From an uncultured virus (IMG/VR IMGVR_UViG_3300046511_000152) (taxonomy: Duplodnaviria > Heunggongvirae > Uroviricota > Caudoviricetes): a stretch of 64,000 nucleotides of DNA. The position numbers and the translations under genes are program-made. This document shows, piece after piece, positions 46,822 to 56,599 of this stretch. How positions within the stretch are numbered: the stretch's first letter is position 1; every line of letters starts with the position of its first letter. The notes beneath the pieces were generated by a model, which had not been told where the DNA came from, searched no databases, and worked only from the letters and a program-made list of their open reading frames with translations. The DNA lies in IMG/VR virus record IMGVR_UViG_3300046511_000152, one strand, 5' to 3'.

Positions 46822-49328
46822 CAGGCCGCCATCTCGAAGGGTGCAACGTCACCCCACGACTTACCCGGGGCAGCAACTTCAACTTCAACAGGGATGTAGA
46901 AGCCCGGCTTGACGATGTCGAACCGCTGCTCCATGATCGCCTTCATCTCGGCGGCGGCTGCTGCCACGTTCGCACTCGGCACCTGAATCATGATCGAGTC
47001 GTGGACGGTCGTGGTCATGCGCCCTCCGAAGCGTCGCGCCATCGCCGCAACGCGGCTAAGTACGCACCAGAGGACATCAGCGACCGTTGACTGAGGTATG
47101 AAATCCACCGCTGCTGGTGCGTTGCCAGCATGGAAGAAACGGATTCGACCAAAGGCGTTCTTGATGTACTTCTTCGACTCGCAAAGCTGGACGAGGTGCA
47201 TCTTGTAGGCGTGGGTCTTGTAGTAGTACTTGGCGAGTTCCCCGAGGATTCGCTTACACTCCTCCACAGGCACATACTGGTGCTCCTGTTCTAGCAGCAT
47301 CTCGCTCACCTTCTGTGCTCCAGCGAGGTACTGACCGGCGTAGGTGATGTTCTTCGCGGTCTTGCGGCTCGTGTTGAACCGGACCGCGTTGCGCGAGTGC
47401 ATGTCACCGGAGCGCAAGTCTTCGAGCAGCCGGTCGTCGCCAGCCATGTAGGCCATCACGTACAACTCGGCGGACTTGTAGTCGGCCTGAATGAACGTCA
47501 TGTCCAGCGTGTCCGGCACGTACATGAACCGGACCGTCTTCGGCTGGTTCTGGATGTTCGGCCCGTAGGTCGCGAGCCGCCCGGTGCACGTGGTGCCCTT
47601 CGCGGTCTCCAAACCCAGGCCCGTGTCCTTCACCTCATGCTCCTGATCCTTGGAGACAGGCATGTAGGACGGGTGCACCCACGCCTCTTCGTTCATCGCG
47701 GCGGGCTGCACGTAGGTGCTGATGGTCTTGGCGCAGCCGCGCAGCTTCAACACGAGGTCGAAGAAGCGGGGTGTGCACCGGGAGTCTTCGGTCCAGCCAC
47801 CCGGGTGCTGCTTGCGGGCGTAGTCGTTGCCGACGTAGTACTGGAGCCGCACGAGGGCAAGCTCGTTCGTCGTCGCCCCGGCCTCCTTGCTCTTGGTCCG
47901 CTGCACCGGCAGGCCCCACTCACCGTACATGAGGTCCTGAAGCTGCTGCGTCGAGGCGGGGTTGGTGCCCGGGAAGTGCTGACCCCATATCTTCTCCAGC
48001 CGCAACTGCTTGCGCTCCAGCCGGGCCACGTGGCGCTCGGCAGCGGGGCGGTCCAACCTGATGCCCTCGCGGTTCATGGTGGTGAGTTCGCGGATCGTGG
48101 CGCACACGCCGGGTCCCGGGTGGTCGCCTTCGCCCATGAACAGGTTCCACGTGCCGAGGTTCTTCATCACGGTGATGATGCTGATCGCTAGCCATGCGGT
48201 GACGAAGGCATCCTTAGCAGAGTAGAAGCGCGGGTCGGCCTTGCTGAGTTCCGACCACATCGAGCCACGCTGGCCCTTCCACGGCTTTAGATCGTGGTAG
48301 ATTGTGATCGCACGGGCGAGGGACTTGTGAAGATCAGGTTGCAGGACAACTGCACCGAACATCGTATCAACGAGCCGGTGGTCGAGGACATGGTCCGAAA
48401 TCGAAACTCCATTCGCGATAAGGCGAGGGATGTCGAAGGGACTGTTATGAACAGCAAAGTACCTCCCCGGCAGGGCGAACAGGTAGTCCATGAAGTGGCG
48501 GGCATCGGTACTCCACTCCAGCGAGGCGGTGTGCTTGCCGTCGCTGAAGGAGACGAGGTCGATCACCTCGTTGCCCACGCCGTGGGTCTCGATGTCAACC
48601 GCGATCACGTCACCCCACTCCACGTTGGTGATGGAGCCGACGTGCAACTCAGTCAGGTCCCGGCCGAATCGCTTGGTGCAGAAGTCGGTGTAGAACCCAT
48701 CCTGCTCCAGCCGGTTGTCCAGCATGTGAAGCTCGCCGTCGATGGCCCTCTTGCACCGTCTCACGTCCTCCTTGAAGGCGGGGCGCACCGCGAACTGCTC
48801 CATGCGGATGTGGTCGAGCCCATAGCTGGGGATCACGACACCGTCGAACTGCTGGCCGAGGAGCCCACCCATCAGGGTAGTCTTCTGCCAGCCATAGCGC
48901 GGGTCACCCTTCTGGTGGCCGTTGCCCTTGTTCTTGTACTCACCGATCTTCTCCCATGACTCGGTCGTAACGGAGTGGAAGAAGTCCTTGTCGAGCACGT
49001 AACCGCGCGCGTCAAGGATGGTCTGCGTGATGCCGGTGAGCGGGTACAGCGTGTCGCCTTGCAGAGCCAGCACCGCCGAGGGACTCGACTCCCGAATCTC
49101 CTGACTGAAGCGGGGCCACGCTGCGCGGACCTGTGCCTTAGAGGGACGGCCACCACTGTTCGCAGGGGGCTCATCGATCAGGAACACGATCCGTACGTCA
49201 GTCTTCTGGATGTGGCACTCGTCCTGCACGATCTTCCAGAACCACGCGCGCATCCCGTCCGAAGGAGGGCTGATCATCGTGACCAGTAGGGGTGCGTCAA
49301 CTCTACCTTCGGCCTTTGAGTTTTCCAC
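46821..49328 (-). CDS. family A DNA polymerase with N-terminal UDG-like domain
   Basis: Exo motifs DIET, HNSPFD, YSAKD; Pol motifs ADYKSAEL, RKTAKNITYAGQY, VHDS; GTG start after GAGGAGG. Confidence 0.92.
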   Translation of the reverse strand: MENSKAEGRVDAPLLVTMISPPSDGMRAWFWKIVQDECHIQKTDVRIVFLIDEPPANSGGRPSKAQVRAAWPRFSQEIRESSPSAVLALQGDTLYPLTGITQTILDARGYVLDKDFFHSVTTESWEKIGEYKNKGNGHQKGDPRYGWQKTTLMGGLLGQQFDGVVIPSYGLDHIRMEQFAVRPAFKEDVRRCKRAIDGELHMLDNRLEQDGFYTDFCTKRFGRDLTELHVGSITNVEWGDVIAVDIETHGVGNEVIDLVSFSDGKHTASLEWSTDARHFMDYLFALPGRYFAVHNSPFDIPRLIANGVSISDHVLDHRLVDTMFGAVVLQPDLHKSLARAITIYHDLKPWKGQRGSMWSELSKADPRFYSAKDAFVTAWLAISIITVMKNLGTWNLFMGEGDHPGPGVCATIRELTTMNREGIRLDRPAAERHVARLERKQLRLEKIWGQHFPGTNPASTQQLQDLMYGEWGLPVQRTKSKEAGATTNELALVRLQYYVGNDYARKQHPGGWTEDSRCTPRFFDLVLKLRGCAKTISTYVQPAAMNEEAWVHPSYMPVSKDQEHEVKDTGLGLETAKGTTCTGRLATYGPNIQNQPKTVRFMYVPDTLDMTFIQADYKSAELYVMAYMAGDDRLLEDLRSGDMHSRNAVRFNTSRKTAKNITYAGQYLAGAQKVSEMLLEQEHQYVPVEECKRILGELAKYYYKTHAYKMHLVQLCESKKYIKNAFGRIRFFHAGNAPAAVDFIPQSTVADVLWCVLSRVAAMARRFGGRMTTTVHDSIMIQVPSANVAAAAAEMKAIMEQRFDIVKPGFYIPVEVEVAAPGKSWGDVAPFEMAA

Positions 49329-49695
49329 GAGCCCTCCTCGTCGTCCGGATTCGATGACAGTTTGAACAGACCAGTTCACATTTCTTCATCTCGCGTTCGA
49401 TCTGTGTGCGGGACCGTGAACCTGTAGAGGTGATCCCAAGACAGAACAGTTTACGGCCGCGTACATGATCCCAATCCATGCACTCCGGAGGGAAAGAGCC
49501 GCCGCAATCCACACACGGTTGGGACTTCAAAGAGTTCAACCATTCACGGTTCTCTGCTCTCCGAAGGACGGCCCGTCGATGATTCGCGCGCTTCGCGGCT
49601 TCCGGGTTCCGTGCTTCCCACCGGCCGTGCCGTTTGCGAAAATCTTTCTGGACCTTGAGCGCCTGACTTCGGTTACGGAGATACCAAGATTTCAT
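49303..49695 (-). CDS. HNH endonuclease
   Basis: PCVDCG...WDHV...CELVCSNCHRIRT. Confidence 0.85.
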   Translation of the reverse strand: MKSWYLRNRSQALKVQKDFRKRHGRWEARNPEAAKRANHRRAVLRRAENREWLNSLKSQPCVDCGGSFPPECMDWDHVRGRKLFCLGITSTGSRSRTQIEREMKKCELVCSNCHRIRTTRRARGKLKGRR

Positions 49696-49784
49696 TGCGG
49701 GTCTCCTGTGGGGTGGGCGGGGCGGTCCAGCGGGGACGAACCGTCTCGTAGACGGTCGTGATGTTCCAACGGAGAACCGCCCCT

Positions 49785-50315
49785 TTACGGGGCCTTACGG
49801 GCGATACCCACTTGTCGCAGTGCTACCAGCTTGGCATGGCGCTTCGCCATCCGATCACTACGCCACAGGCGACCTCCCACACCGGGGGTCCTGTTGAGCC
49901 ACCACAGGAACCGCAAGGGCAGGATGAACCTCCACATATTCCTGATCCAGACCATCACCTCTTCGTCCGTGAAGGCCGCGTCCCCACGCTTCGCGTTGCA
50001 GCCGGGGCACAGCGGTCTGTAGTTCCCATCGTTCACACCGGGGGTGATGTGGTCCAGTTGAAGGCGGCGGCCGTTCTGCCGTCGCCCGAGGAACTTGAAC
50101 CATGGGCCGTCGCGGAAGTACTTCCGCAGGATGTAGTTCGGTATCCCGCAGATGTCACACCGTGTCTCCTCAGCCATGAGGATCGGCCCCCACTTCTGGG
50201 CCTCGTCGTTACTCAGCCCGTGGTGATCCCTCAGCCGCTTGATCGCCCCCGTCAGGCTGGCGTTCCGCGCCAGCATCCGAAGACGTTCCTTCTCCCGGTC
50301 CGGTGCTCGTCTCAT
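49785..50315 (-). CDS. HNH endonuclease
   Basis: CDICG...LQLDHITP...N.RPLCPGCNAKRG. Confidence 0.8.
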   Translation of the reverse strand: MRRAPDREKERLRMLARNASLTGAIKRLRDHHGLSNDEAQKWGPILMAEETRCDICGIPNYILRKYFRDGPWFKFLGRRQNGRRLQLDHITPGVNDGNYRPLCPGCNAKRGDAAFTDEEVMVWIRNMWRFILPLRFLWWLNRTPGVGGRLWRSDRMAKRHAKLVALRQVGIARKAP

Positions 50316-50967
50316 GGACACTCCCGCGAACTGAGTCCGCTGTCTGGTTCGCGAGTTCCGGTGGAACACCGAACTCCACGAGTGCCGCCGCCAACTGCTT
50401 GACGACATGATCGAGAGCCAAGTCCACCGCGTACTGCTTCATCCCGCGAACGTCAGCCTCGGGGATGGCGAACTCCAGACCATCGATGTACAGCACGTTG
50501 CGGAAGAAGTCGAAGCCCTCGACCTTACGGAAGTCGGGGAGCTTCACCATGGGGCCTGTTGCCGGTGGCTGCGACGGGGGTGCACTCAGCCGCACCACCC
50601 GCTGCGGAGCCAACAGACCGAAGTCTGCACCGTTATGTGCATCAAGCTCGGCCTGTGTCGGCCTCGGCTGGTCGGGCATCCCGGCCGCCTGCGCCTCCGC
50701 GAGTGAACCATACGGCCCATCCTCGTCGGGGGTGGGTGGGAGGATGCCAAGCTCTCTCGCCCTCGCGTCCCGGGCTGCGACCTCTTCCGGAGACAGGGGT
50801 GTTGGGTTGTTCATGGCAGCAGACCGAACCGTAGTCCCCTGACCAACCGTCACTGGCTGGTCAGTGAGACTACGTCCGGCAGGCATACCACTCTCCGCGT
50901 TGATCCGCTGTGCTCTGCGAATCATCTGCGTCATTGCATTGTCCTTCTCGAACGCTGGTGAAGGCAT
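50209..50967 (-). CDS. hypothetical protein
   Basis: ORF with AGGAGG RBS; disordered N-terminal half. Confidence 0.7.
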   Translation of the reverse strand: MPSPAFEKDNAMTQMIRRAQRINAESGMPAGRSLTDQPVTVGQGTTVRSAAMNNPTPLSPEEVAARDARARELGILPPTPDEDGPYGSLAEAQAAGMPDQPRPTQAELDAHNGADFGLLAPQRVVRLSAPPSQPPATGPMVKLPDFRKVEGFDFFRNVLYIDGLEFAIPEADVRGMKQYAVDLALDHVVKQLAAALVEFGVPPELANQTADSVRGSVHETSTGPGEGTSSDAGAERQPDGGDQAAEGSPRAE

Positions 50968-51085
50968 CGATCCTCCTAAAGTGGTGGAGCATTGTTCACG
51001 CGGATTAGCCCCGGTCCCGCTGGGTTCGGCCTACGGTGAACTCGTTATGCGGTTATGAACCGCGTCCCGTCCCAGAACCTTTCGA

Positions 51086-51700
51086 CTAGGCCGCAGGCGC
51101 GTCGGGCAGGTAGCTCTCGACGTTCGTGCGACGGTCGTGCTTGCGCTTCTCGCTCTTGTTCGGGGCGTCCTTCAGGTTCATGATGACCGACTTGCCAACC
51201 AGCGGCGAGTCCGTACCATTCAGCGTACCCTTCGGCGGGAAGACACTGTTGAGCAGGCTGGCCTTCAGGCCCGGGGTCTTCTTCGGGGTGAAGCCAGTCG
51301 CCGCGAACAGCGACGTGAGGGCCTGAACCGCGAGGTTGTGCGGGAACGCGGATTTCATGGCCGCATCCTCGGCCGTACCCTGACCCAGCAGGAGGCGGAT
51401 GTTGAGCGTGTGACGCGCCCACGTACGCTTCTCCTCGTTGGGGAAGCCAGCGCGGACCTTCATCTGGACGACGGCGTTGATCTTGTTGGTATCCTCGCCA
51501 GCGCCCTCACGCCACGCAGCCTCGATGACCGCACCCTCGGACCACGAGTAGAACACATCGTCGTTCTTCTTGGACGTGTTCTTCTCCGCGTCTGCCGGGA
51601 CGACGAACGGAGCGCCCTGATCGAGGGCAGCAGCCGCAGCCTTCTGGGCACCGTCGCTGATGTCTACGAAGTCTGGGGTCGGGATGTTCTGGTCAGCCAT
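51086..51700 (-). CDS. putative single-stranded DNA-binding protein
   Basis: Position after the Sak4-like ATPase; LVGKSV...K...TNV ending; function inferred from context. Confidence 0.5.
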   Translation of the reverse strand: MADQNIPTPDFVDISDGAQKAAAAALDQGAPFVVPADAEKNTSKKNDDVFYSWSEGAVIEAAWREGAGEDTNKINAVVQMKVRAGFPNEEKRTWARHTLNIRLLLGQGTAEDAAMKSAFPHNLAVQALTSLFAATGFTPKKTPGLKASLLNSVFPPKGTLNGTDSPLVGKSVIMNLKDAPNKSEKRKHDRRTNVESYLPDAPAA

Positions 51701-52529
51701 TGGTGTTCTCCTTGTTGAGCTTGTTCACTTCGGACACGTACTTCACCCAGTAACTGGACGGATTCCTGTCGAGGTAGACCTTCGCGAGCTTGTTCTCGCC
51801 TTCCTCGTCGGAGGTCCTGATCTTGCTGATGAACTTGCCGTCGTTCTCGGTGATGGCAACCACCACGTCGGACGGGGCATCGTCACCCGGCACGAGGATC
51901 GTCTCGCGGATCAGGCGGATGACGGTGTTGAACTGCGCGGGAATGTACTCGGTCATCGCACGTCCCGGGTGAGCCGGACCGCCGACGCTGTGCACGTTCT
52001 CGATGATCTTCACATCCTCGTGCATGACGAAGATGATGTGCATGTTGCGCTGGTTCTTGAACAGCATGTCCAAGTACCCACGCGACAGTGACTCGATGGC
52101 CTGATAGTCACCACGGTTGGGGATCGCCTGACCACCCTTCTTCGGGTCGCCGATCACGTAGTGCTTCTCGCGGTCCATCGTCTGCGCGTTGGCCGCGTAG
52201 CTGATGGTGTCGAGGGCGACCTTGGTGTAGGTGTCCACGACGAGAACGCCGATCTCAGGATCGACAGCCTTCCAGTCCTGCATACAGAACTGCATGAAGT
52301 TGACGGTCGGATCGTCACCCTCGGGGATGATGGGGATGATACGCGCCCGCTTCGCGAGGCCCGTGGAGCCCAGTGACTCGGAGTTGGTGTCGGCCGCGTA
52401 GTACGCGATCTTGCCCCACTCCTCGGGGACGGAGAGCGCGAGCCGGGTCTTCCCGATGCCCGCCCTACCGTACACGATGATCCGCTCCTTCGTCGCCGGA
52501 GCCGCGTCCTTCAGGATTCGCAAACCCAT
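51693..52529 (-). CDS. Sak4-like AAA ATPase (recombinase)
   Basis: IIVYGRAGIGKT Walker A, LVVDT Walker B, IIFVMHE. Confidence 0.85.
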   Translation of the reverse strand: MGLRILKDAAPATKERIIVYGRAGIGKTRLALSVPEEWGKIAYYAADTNSESLGSTGLAKRARIIPIIPEGDDPTVNFMQFCMQDWKAVDPEIGVLVVDTYTKVALDTISYAANAQTMDREKHYVIGDPKKGGQAIPNRGDYQAIESLSRGYLDMLFKNQRNMHIIFVMHEDVKIIENVHSVGGPAHPGRAMTEYIPAQFNTVIRLIRETILVPGDDAPSDVVVAITENDGKFISKIRTSDEEGENKLAKVYLDRNPSSYWVKYVSEVNKLNKENTNG

Positions 52530-52559
52530 TGGTGTTCCTTTCGTTAGGGGTGGACTTCG

Positions 52560-52588
52560 ATGCTACCGGAAATCGAACGCCATGTCAA
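52560..52588 (-). promoter_or_regulatory. sigma70 promoter TTGACA-N17-TAGCAT
   Basis: Perfect -35 and 17-nt spacer; twin of 3139-3167. Confidence 0.8.
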
Positions 52589-53577
52589 GCCTTTCCGTAC
52601 GACGAGTCCATCACGCCGTCGATTTCCTTCTCTGTCATGGCTTGGTCAGGCCCACAGATGGTGTTCGCGTACGCGACTGCTGCCCTCGCCTGCGCGCGTT
52701 CGATCCCGCACTCCTTGAGCTTGGTGGCTGTGTGCCACGCCGTCTCATGACGGCCCGGAGCCTCGCGGCCCTGTGTCAGGTACTCCTGCGCCTTCCGGGT
52801 CAGCTTACTGAAGACCTTCTGCCACGGTGTACCGGGTGGCATCTCGCCGGGCTCGGGCTCGGCATACACGCTATCAGGTGTCCCGGTAACCATGACACTC
52901 GCGAGCCCACTGAACATCTCTTGCGAGGGCTCAAGGATGCGAGCCTCGATCCCGGTCTTCATGTTCCGCGTCCCGGGCATCCGCATGACACGTGGGAGGT
53001 CCGAGGTGCACGAGTCGAGGCGGCAGCCGTGCACCGTCCCGATCTTGTCAGCCACACGCTTCAGCCAGTAACCCATAGCCTTGCGTGCCGTCTTCCGATC
53101 CATCCCGGGTACATCCTTGATCAACCCGACATCACTCATTGGAAGGTCTTCAAGCCTGATCCACGCCTGCGCCCCTCGGCCGCTGTGGATGATGAGGGGT
53201 CTGCGCTTGCTGAAGTCCCGGCCGTTCCATTCACCCAGCCACAGGAGAGCTTCCTCCAGTGCCTTGAGTGGCTGACAGTCTTCCTCGATTGGGTCCATGT
53301 CGAGCAGGACGTACGACCAGTGGGTCACGTCAGCAGCAGCGTGGCGGGCTCCCACCGTCGAGGTCGTCGGGTTCGGGGCGACATACACATTCAAGCCCTT
53401 GGCCTCCGCACTTGAAACAAAGCGTTCCATCTCGGCTGGGCTCCTCGCGAAGTCCCCCATCCGCTTGTCCGGACCCCGGGCGAACATCCTCACCACATGG
53501 GCTGAACTGGGATGGGGAAGTAAGCTCCACAACTCCGACACTTGGGGCCTGATCGACAGCATCGATTCTCCAGTCAT
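52585..53577 (-). CDS. AEP-type (RepB-like) primase
   Basis: NVY.APNP, LLDMD, SGRG.Q.W and D..RVMRMPGT.N.K motifs; helical C-terminal domain. Confidence 0.8.
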   Translation of the reverse strand: MTGESMLSIRPQVSELWSLLPHPSSAHVVRMFARGPDKRMGDFARSPAEMERFVSSAEAKGLNVYVAPNPTTSTVGARHAAADVTHWSYVLLDMDPIEEDCQPLKALEEALLWLGEWNGRDFSKRRPLIIHSGRGAQAWIRLEDLPMSDVGLIKDVPGMDRKTARKAMGYWLKRVADKIGTVHGCRLDSCTSDLPRVMRMPGTRNMKTGIEARILEPSQEMFSGLASVMVTGTPDSVYAEPEPGEMPPGTPWQKVFSKLTRKAQEYLTQGREAPGRHETAWHTATKLKECGIERAQARAAVAYANTICGPDQAMTEKEIDGVMDSSYGKA

Positions 53578-53965
53578 AGATGAGCCCGTTGGCTCGGGTG
53601 GTCTTGTGCATATCGAGGAAGGGGGTGCTCATGGGGTTGGGGATGCCTGCCCAGAACGACTCCCAGAACTGATAGTACCAGAACCGGGTCAACCGCTGGT
53701 AGACTGCGGGCCGTGTGACCCGCAGCCACCAGAGGAAGAGGCGTCTACCGATGGAGCGCAAGAGGCTCACCAGCCGCCTGACGGATGGCCCGCGTGATGG
53801 CCTTGCGTGCAGCGGACCGCGAGCCGAACAGGCGGACCGTGCCTTCGAGATTGCGGAGGTACGCCGAGGAGTACGTGCCGGTCGTGTGAACCTCGACCTC
53901 GAACTTGCCATCATCGAACATCGCGGGGACAACCTTGTAGCTCGTAACGACGGGGGTGGTGGTGT

Positions 53966-54904
53966 TCATTCTTCGCTCCCTTCAGGAGTCTCGTACGTGT
54001 CTTCCCGCTGCTTGAAGTAGCGGTCATCTCCCAGTTCGTACTCACCCGTGAGGACACGGAAGTACTCGTCTGGACTGTTACCGAACATCCCACCGTTCAT
54101 GTTCTCGTTGGGGGCGGGGATGAAGCCTCCAGCGCACAGCTTGCGGCACGCCCGCATCTCTTGAGCGTGCTGTCGGATCGAGTCCATGACATGCTGGTGC
54201 AGCGGACCGTCGAGGTCGATGGACAGCGGAATCTGCTGGAACATCTCCTCGTACCGCTTGCACTCACCAAGGGGATTGGCCTTGGTGATCTTGGTCCGGT
54301 ACTTCAGCTTCCGGATCAGGTCGAACTGCGTGCCACCGTAGCCCCTCACCATAGTACGGTACTTCCTGAAGAGGGCTTCGGCGTAGAGGTGCTCGTGGTA
54401 ACTGCGCTTGGCGAGGTCGGTGAAGACCGCGAAGTGCGTGCCCGCCGCCAGTGCCTTGTGCTGAACATGCCATAGAAGCCCGTCACGTACAGCCACACGG
54501 TCAGGGCGACCGCGCCCAACGATACCGTCTCCCAACTCCACCTCAAAGGGAACCTCCGCTTCGAGGCACGGGTTGTCGAATGTGTAGATGTCCTGCCACT
54601 GGACCAGTGCCTCCGTCAGGTCATCCAACTGCTTCAGCACCTTCGTACCCACAGCGACATCCACCTCGTCGGTGGACGTTGCCATCATACCCAGCCAGTG
54701 ACCACGGTGGAGTGTGATGCACTCCGATATCTTGTACTCACCACTGTGGTACGTCTCGAAGATTCGATGGATCAGCTTGCCGAAGCCCAGCGGCTGGGCC
54801 TCATGCTTGGGTACGTAGTTCATCACCCACTTGGCCCACCAGCGGAAGCGACACTTCGTGAAGTCCTGCATCTCACTGACGTTGAAGACGAACGGCTCAG
54901 GCAC
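53966..54904 (-). CDS. PD-(D/E)XK (Cas4/RecB-like) nuclease
   Basis: S...F.KC..RW, FG.LIH..FE, E..F and GRPD...VQHK motifs. Confidence 0.8.
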   Translation of the reverse strand: MPEPFVFNVSEMQDFTKCRFRWWAKWVMNYVPKHEAQPLGFGKLIHRIFETYHSGEYKISECITLHRGHWLGMMATSTDEVDVAVGTKVLKQLDDLTEALVQWQDIYTFDNPCLEAEVPFEVELGDGIVGRGRPDRVAVRDGLLWHVQHKALAAGTHFAVFTDLAKRSYHEHLYAEALFRKYRTMVRGYGGTQFDLIRKLKYRTKITKANPLGECKRYEEMFQQIPLSIDLDGPLHQHVMDSIRQHAQEMRACRKLCAGGFIPAPNENMNGGMFGNSPDEYFRVLTGEYELGDDRYFKQREDTYETPEGSEE

Positions 54905-55613
54905 TCGGCACCTCGAACTTGTGCATCGCGTCGTTGTCCACGGTGGCCTTGAACATGGTGCCCGTGGCGTAGTGGAACACGACGATGCCCTCGGCGGGCT
55001 GGTCCGGGGCGGCGACTGAGCCATCCTTGTGTAGCCAGTCGATGAAGAAGTCCGGAGCGAACCACCGCCTGAAGGAGTTCGCCACGTCAACGTACCCGAG
55101 GTTGTTCACCCACGGCCCCTCGTACAGGACGGGGACGACGGAGATAGCGACACCGTTCTTCCGGATGTCTTCCAGTTCCGGGGTCAACCGCCACGGGTGC
55201 CCAGCCTCCTTGACGAACCACTTGTCGGTGTTGAAGAGCGAGAACGTCTTGCCCGACTGACCGTACCCGCGCTGGATGCCCTTACCCCACCACTCACCGA
55301 AGTGAGTGCCGATGCCGAGGGCGTAGCGCAGGGCCTCCGCGTTCGCGTCAACCCACGCGCGGAAGCCGAAGTTGTCCTTCTGGGGCGTGAGCACCCGGGT
55401 GCGCGACTGTGCGTACACCTGAGTCTCGGTGATGACGACGGCCGCGTTGGTGCCATCGATCTTCTCGGTGATGACGATGTCCCGGTTCAGGCGGCCGATC
55501 TTCGGCCATGGCTTGAACTCCGGAGCAGCCGCGAGGAACCGCTCCTCGGCCTCAGCCGCGAGCCTCCGCGTCTCGGCACGCACTGCCAGTTCTTCAGGCG
55601 TCAGCTTGGACAT
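54897..55613 (-). CDS. ATP-dependent RNA ligase (Rnl2-like nucleotidyltransferase domain)
   Basis: Motif I TEKIDGTNA; QSR, DNFGF, FGEWWG.GIQ, VPVLY and EGIVV...K. Confidence 0.85.
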   Translation of the reverse strand: MSKLTPEELAVRAETRRLAAEAEERFLAAAPEFKPWPKIGRLNRDIVITEKIDGTNAAVVITETQVYAQSRTRVLTPQKDNFGFRAWVDANAEALRYALGIGTHFGEWWGKGIQRGYGQSGKTFSLFNTDKWFVKEAGHPWRLTPELEDIRKNGVAISVVPVLYEGPWVNNLGYVDVANSFRRWFAPDFFIDWLHKDGSVAAPDQPAEGIVVFHYATGTMFKATVDNDAMHKFEVPSA

Positions 55614-56295
55614 CTGCACCCTCCACGCTTCCGAAGTCCTCACGACCCGCCGCCTGCAACTCAGCCTCGGCCGCGATCTTGTCGAGCACCGCCTGCTTCT
55701 CGGGCGACACCGCACCAGCCCACGCGAGGGCATCACCTTCGACCTGATTCAACTCCTCGTCCACCGGAGCATCGACCTTCGTCTCGGTCTCCAACAGGAT
55801 CGGCTGGGGCAGCTTCACGCGAACCTGCCGCATGAGCACCACGACCATCAGGCCACTGCCGTTGGGCAGGAGCGCCGACAACTGCCACTGCTCCGGACCG
55901 TTCACCTTCTGCGTGATGTAGCCACCCGCAGCCTTGGTGCTGAGGGACTCAGTGTGGAAGATCACCTGCGGGGCGACGAGCACCATGCCCTCGCCGGTCT
56001 CGACCAACTGGGACTTCGGGTAGTAGTGCGCGATGTTCGGGTCGAGGTCGTACTTGGTCCAGTCTTCCTTCGCCGGGTCGAACGCCTCCTCGGCCGCCGC
56101 TGCCCCTGCCGCATCCTGCGCGGCCGTCTCGGCCGTGCCATCCGACGGGGTGCCACTCTCGACAGCCTCCTCGGTGGTGGGCTTGTTCAGGCCCAGCCGC
56201 TCCATCAGGGCCTCGACGCTGGTCTTCAGCGGACCGGCTTCGAGATTGTACTCGGACTCTGCGGGGGTCTCGGGGGTGTTCTGCTCGTCACTCAT
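55594..56295 (-). CDS. hypothetical acidic protein
   Basis: ORF with AAAGGAG RBS. Confidence 0.7.
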   Translation of the reverse strand: MSDEQNTPETPAESEYNLEAGPLKTSVEALMERLGLNKPTTEEAVESGTPSDGTAETAAQDAAGAAAAEEAFDPAKEDWTKYDLDPNIAHYYPKSQLVETGEGMVLVAPQVIFHTESLSTKAAGGYITQKVNGPEQWQLSALLPNGSGLMVVVLMRQVRVKLPQPILLETETKVDAPVDEELNQVEGDALAWAGAVSPEKQAVLDKIAAEAELQAAGREDFGSVEGADVQADA

Positions 56296-56599
56296 GGTGA
56301 CTCCTTTCAAACTTCGATGATGGTTACAGACAGGTACTTCGATGGGTGGTGTGTCTCGGTGTCGTCGGTCTCTTCAGCCGGGAGCCCATACCCGAGGACG
56401 GTGCGGAGGGCGACGCGCCCTGCCTCGCCTTCCACGTAGATGCGGAAGTCGGCCGGGACAACGGCGCTGGTGTCATCGGTGAGTTCGACGCTCCACTGTA
56501 GCTCGGGTGGCATCCCCTCGATCAGCGTGTGGAGGATGGGGAGGATACCCGGGAAGAACTGGTGCTTGAAGCGGGCGAGTTGTCCCTTCTTGGATTTCA

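Noticed and set aside
45706..49328. Z-genome (2-aminoadenine) or other base-substitution pathway
   Set aside because: No PurZ, thymidylate-synthase-like or queuosine-pathway genes in the window; cannot exclude them outside it
50990..51085. HDV-like ribozyme suggested by a GGCUAAU segment
   Set aside because: I could not build the P1/P1.1/P3 nested pseudoknot in the required order
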